The translations under genes and the position numbers were made by a program. A DNA stretch of 63,816 nt, the filler included, from Craspedostauros australis (lineage: Eukaryota): the NCBI GenBank assembly GCA_030167865.1. It is 19 parts of 19 records of this genome, joined end to end, with 100 filler letters (N's around TTAATTAATTAA, not from the genome) between each part and the next. Parts side by side here need not be neighbours in the genome. Positions count along the whole stretch, not along the records: positions 54,067 to 62,684 come from JALAGF010003174.1; positions 62,785 to 63,816 come from JALAGF010003182.1; 17 more parts are not named here. One strand, given 5' to 3'. Positions 60,057-63,816 of this stretch are shown here, piece after piece. How positions within the stretch are numbered: the first letter of the stretch is position 1; each line of letters opens with the position of its first letter. The notes under the pieces are model-generated. The model searched no databases, was not told the DNA's origin, and saw only the letters and a list, made by a program, of their open reading frames with translations.

Positions 60057-60934
60057 GAAGATCGGCCATATCCTTCCAAACCGAGGACAGGACAGACACC
60101 ATCTTCTTGTGTGGACAGGGCGACCAACAACAACCAATCAAGGCAAACGCCCAAGCCCTCATCATCACACTCCCATCCATTGAGACACTGATCGACAAAG
60201 GAACCCAACTTCACCGCGCGAATGATGACGCTCACGATGGAACTGAACCCATCCAAACAACCATCCCTCTTCCCAATCTTCAACCAAAACACATCCGATA
60301 CGTCCTCCAATGCATCTACACAGCCAAGATATCCTGTACTAACAACTGTCGTGACAACGCTGCTGCTCACACTGGCACTCATGTTGGCGCCAACGCTCAC
60401 CATGATGTAGATGCCTCTCACCAGCCAACTCCCATCCTCACTGGACAGGATGATCTGCAACAGCTGATCCTTGTGGCCAACGAGTTTGGCTTCTGGCGAC
60501 TCAAGCTTGTTCTTGAAGCAGAGTTGGCCCGCAAGCATCTCACAGAAGACATCATGATAGATGCGTTGATATTCGCCCATCAACACAACTGTGTGGTGTT
60601 GAAGGATGCAGCAATGAGAATGGCAGCTGAAAGTGAGAAAGATATGTTCACTCATCTAGATTTAAGCAAACTGATTCTACAACCCCAACTGATGACGGAG
60701 ATCCAGATGTTTTGCAGTGGGGGAGCGGAGAGTGAGGGTATCGATGATGAGTACAGTCGTATGTCCATGGAGTTGTACAAGGTTGTAGATGAGGATGAGG
60801 GTACAGTACATGTGGATTCATACATGGATTGGGTGACATTGGTAAACTTCGTGCGCTCCTCGACACCCTCCATGAAGGCTGAGGCCGATGGCACTGCTGA
60901 GGAAGAGGGGCGAATCACAACAACAGCAGACTAA
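60053..60934 (+). CDS. BTB/POZ(-BACK) domain ORF, probably the frameshifted continuation of the ankyrin gene
   Basis: IPLPNLQP....VLQCIYT, LILVANEFG..RLKLVLEAEL, ALIFAHQHNCVVLKDAAM. There is no early ATG and it overlaps the ankyrin stop. Confidence 0.75.
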   Translation: MRRSAISFQTEDRTDTIFLCGQGDQQQPIKANAQALIITLPSIETLIDKGTQLHRANDDAHDGTEPIQTTIPLPNLQPKHIRYVLQCIYTAKISCTNNCRDNAAAHTGTHVGANAHHDVDASHQPTPILTGQDDLQQLILVANEFGFWRLKLVLEAELARKHLTEDIMIDALIFAHQHNCVVLKDAAMRMAAESEKDMFTHLDLSKLILQPQLMTEIQMFCSGGAESEGIDDEYSRMSMELYKVVDEDEGTVHVDSYMDWVTLVNFVRSSTPSMKAEADGTAEEEGRITTTAD

Positions 60935-61149
60935 GAAGTGAACGAATGCTAGATTTGAGTTGATGCGTAAAATTAGTGGTCAGAGTGGTATCCATTGTGT
61001 AAGGAGGCAATCAACGATGCATCCAATGTTACGCCCGGCATGTCTGTGACGTGTTATTGTGCACACGAACGCATCGTTTACAGCACAGCCTGGCTGGACC
61101 GCAAGGCATGATCTTCTAACAGCAGCAGGTTCGTGTCGTCCGCTGTTGC

Positions 61150-61945
61150 ATTGCTGATGACCATGATGCTGTGTTGTCTGTGATCTCGGTTGGTGTTCAG
61201 CACGTTCGTGTGCGGTATCATCGGACAGTGTGGCACAAAGACGGTGGTCTGGCCACCGCTGTTATCGTCGTCATCGCCGATCATACAGTTTTCAAGGATG
61301 TGGAAATAGTTGTGTGAGAAAAGGATGCGGACTCCGCGGACTTCATACATCGATTGTAGTACTCCACTACAACTTGACAGAGCGGGATGAATTGCTACTT
61401 GCCTTGTTGCTGTGACAGTCTATCGATGATATCGCACAAGACCACACAGCTACCACATGGCTCCCGATGCAGCCGACAAAGATGACGAACCAGGAGAGAA
61501 GTTGCCAATGCCAAAGCAGACAATTTCCTTGATTTGTGGATATGATGAGTGTTGATGTTCCAAGCCACGCTGGCAGCATCCTGGCACTTGTCAATTGGGT
61601 GCGTAATAGGGCAGACTGTTGCCAATCATAGCTCTGTGGGGCTTGTGGTTGGATCGTTCATGTTGTTGTGGTCCATCCAAAGTTCATCAGCACACCACCT
61701 TCGTTCCTCCTTCTTCGTGAGAGGAAACACATGTATTTGGAAACTTCCGAACAGCTTCACCACAGCCACATCATGCGGATCTGAATCGGCATGAAAATTG
61801 GAGTGTGCTCTGGATGATTTATGAAAGTCTCGTAGATGTTGTGGCGATTCATCTGAACAGCGCCGAAGGATTGCGCGCAATGGGATAGAGCAAGAACGAT
61901 GTCTGGTCCGATCAGCGTGCCTCCACACACATGCTTCATGCCATT
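61150..61945 (-). pseudogene. Trypsin-like (S1) serine protease pseudogene
   Basis: HVCGGTLIGPDIVLALSHC, HDVAVVKL and DDNSGG occur in the right order but in different frames with stops. Confidence 0.75.
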
Positions 61946-63536
61946 GTTCAGGCTTGTTGGAAGGCTCCGCGCACGGAGAATCGGTAGTAGTCAACACTCT
62001 TTCTCAAAGTGTTTCTGTTACTGTTACTGTTGTTGCTATTGATTGTTGGTGAGCGAGCATGGGAAATGAGATGATCAAGATGCTCTCTTGATCCATCTCT
62101 TCCTTGCTCTCATTGCTTGGTGCAATCCTCTTGCACCTTCATGCACATTGCTCTCATGTTGCTCGTTGATGTTGACTTGATCGTCAACATTGTTGTTTCT
62201 CTCTCGTTGTCTCGTTGTTGTTCCGTTCTCAGGTTTTGTTGAATCTGATGATTGATTGAATCTGATGGAATATTCACAACATATTTCATTCCTGTAGACC
62301 TGGTAGGCAAAGCCTTGATATGACGTCACGTGTGATGGATACTGTGGTATCCGCTGGTATCGCGGTATCCTGTCATCGTAGTATTGCAGTGTCCTCGTGG
62401 TATCTCGGTGGTATCGCTGTGTTAGAACGTAATCGTAGATGGGTGTGAAGGATACCGCACCGAGAACGTAGAGTGATCAAGTCGTTGTTGTTGGTGAGGA
62501 GAGTGTTTGTTTACTGTATTATTCGTATGGTAGTAGGAATGCTGTCAAGCTCACAAGATGGATTCTTGAGAACTGTGAGCATGAGAGAGGCATGACATGA
62601 TCTCATGCAAATTGCAAGTAAAATTAACACGGAGACAACACGGCAAATGTGCGTGTTACTGCGTGAAGATGAGGTGCAAAAGTCNNNNNNNNNNNNNNNN
62701 NNNNNNNNNNNNNNNNNNNNNNNNNNNNTTAATTAATTAANNNNNNNNNNNNNNNNNNNNNNNNNNNNNNNNNNNNNNNNNNNNATATTCAATCAATCTT
62801 GATCCATGACTTCCCTCGGGTCTGCGGTTGTGAACATCGCAACAAAACGAACGAGACAGATCGTAGCAGTATGGTGGTGCGGTGACTGAGGCTTGTTGGA
62901 AGTCGGATCAGCCTGGGGTTTGTGTTGCATCGACGTTTTGCGATGCTGTCGTGAGATTCCTCACAGCCAGCACCACAGGCAATCCTTCTGTTACAATCCA
63001 GTTGTATGGCATCATTGAGAAGGTCAATGGTATTGGTCAGGAACAGTAGTCACAGCTCATATTCTGGGTGATGACTTGATCTTCTCTCTGGCAGTTGATG
63101 TCGTGCTGTGATGAATTGAGACAAGCCAAAAGCGGCGCACCACCACATCAACGAAAATGCCGCTTGTGATGTTCCAGCCATCACGAGAAAATGAGATCCA
63201 CGCAGGAACAACAGAAGCGCCACCACCACAAGAACCCGCCGTTGTTGTTGGCGACACAGCAACCAGTCCCCTCGCAGGGACTGGGACACCCGGCAAAAAG
63301 CAACGGAAACGTATTTCGACTAGTACGACTACTTTGACATCCAAAACCAAATTTGTCACTCAGACACAAGAAGGCCGCAATTGACATTCCACGATTGGCG
63401 AAGAACGAATCTCCTTTCGAAAAACTTAGTGAGGAATTCTGTTGGACCTATTTCGGAGAAACAAAACAAGGCATTGATGCCGCTGGCCTAATTGATCGAG
63501 TCCCGTCTATACCGATGACAAACAGTTTCTAATTCT

Positions 63537-63622
63537 AAATAAATCGAATGACGGATAAATAAATCGAGTGACGGATAAATAAATCGAATGACGGATATTT
63601 AAATCGAATGACGGATAAATAA
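63537..63622. repeat. Tandem array of four 20-bp units AAATCGAATGACGGATAAAT
   Basis: Direct reading, 1-2 mismatches per unit. Confidence 0.92.
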
Positions 63623-63816
63623 GTCGCACAAGTTTGTCACTCGTGACCCAAGAAGACAAGGCCGGCAAGTGATCGAACTAATCAAGTGCACTTGGTCACA
63701 CAAGCAAACCACGAAATGGTGGCTCTCCTCGACTCTGGACGGATCACAACAGAGACGAGTGTGGAGTTGGAGTGTTATTGTCTAATAAACGTTTTATTTT
63801 GGTTACAATTGTATAA

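Noticed and set aside
62337..62460. Cluster of GGTATC/GATAC motifs
   Set aside because: Short and irregularly spaced with no supporting context, so no function can be inferred.

Overview
Eukaryotic DNA, most likely a diatom draft genome (CoDi-type Ty1/copia elements, diatom-style PIF/Harbinger transposases, PT/PS-repeat protein, short GT-AG introns). It is not one locus. It consists of 19 contigs joined by an artificial 100-nt spacer (N44-TTAATTAATTAA-N44), so adjacency across spacers means nothing. Roughly half of the window is transposon-derived. There are at least four copia lineages, one with a chromodomain-like module. An ~800-bp LTR-like repeat occurs four times with 4-bp target-site duplications. 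One contig is a four-layer nested LTR stack, and there are several PIF/Harbinger-like transposase pieces. The most interesting candidate system is a multi-gene Harbinger-like element (transposase, two intron-containing or accessory genes, a palindromic 29-bp subterminal array and a GCCCC terminus); its accessory-protein domains recur on two other contigs. Host genes include a GT4 glycosyltransferase with one in-frame TGA, two ankyrin proteins (one probably fused to BTB), a mucin-like Ser/Thr/Pro protein split over two contigs, a CSRNP/AXUD1-like protein, a zf-CXXC protein, an LRR protein and a trypsin pseudogene. CpG-deamination decay of repeats is evident. All family calls come from motif recognition by eye, with no database searches.
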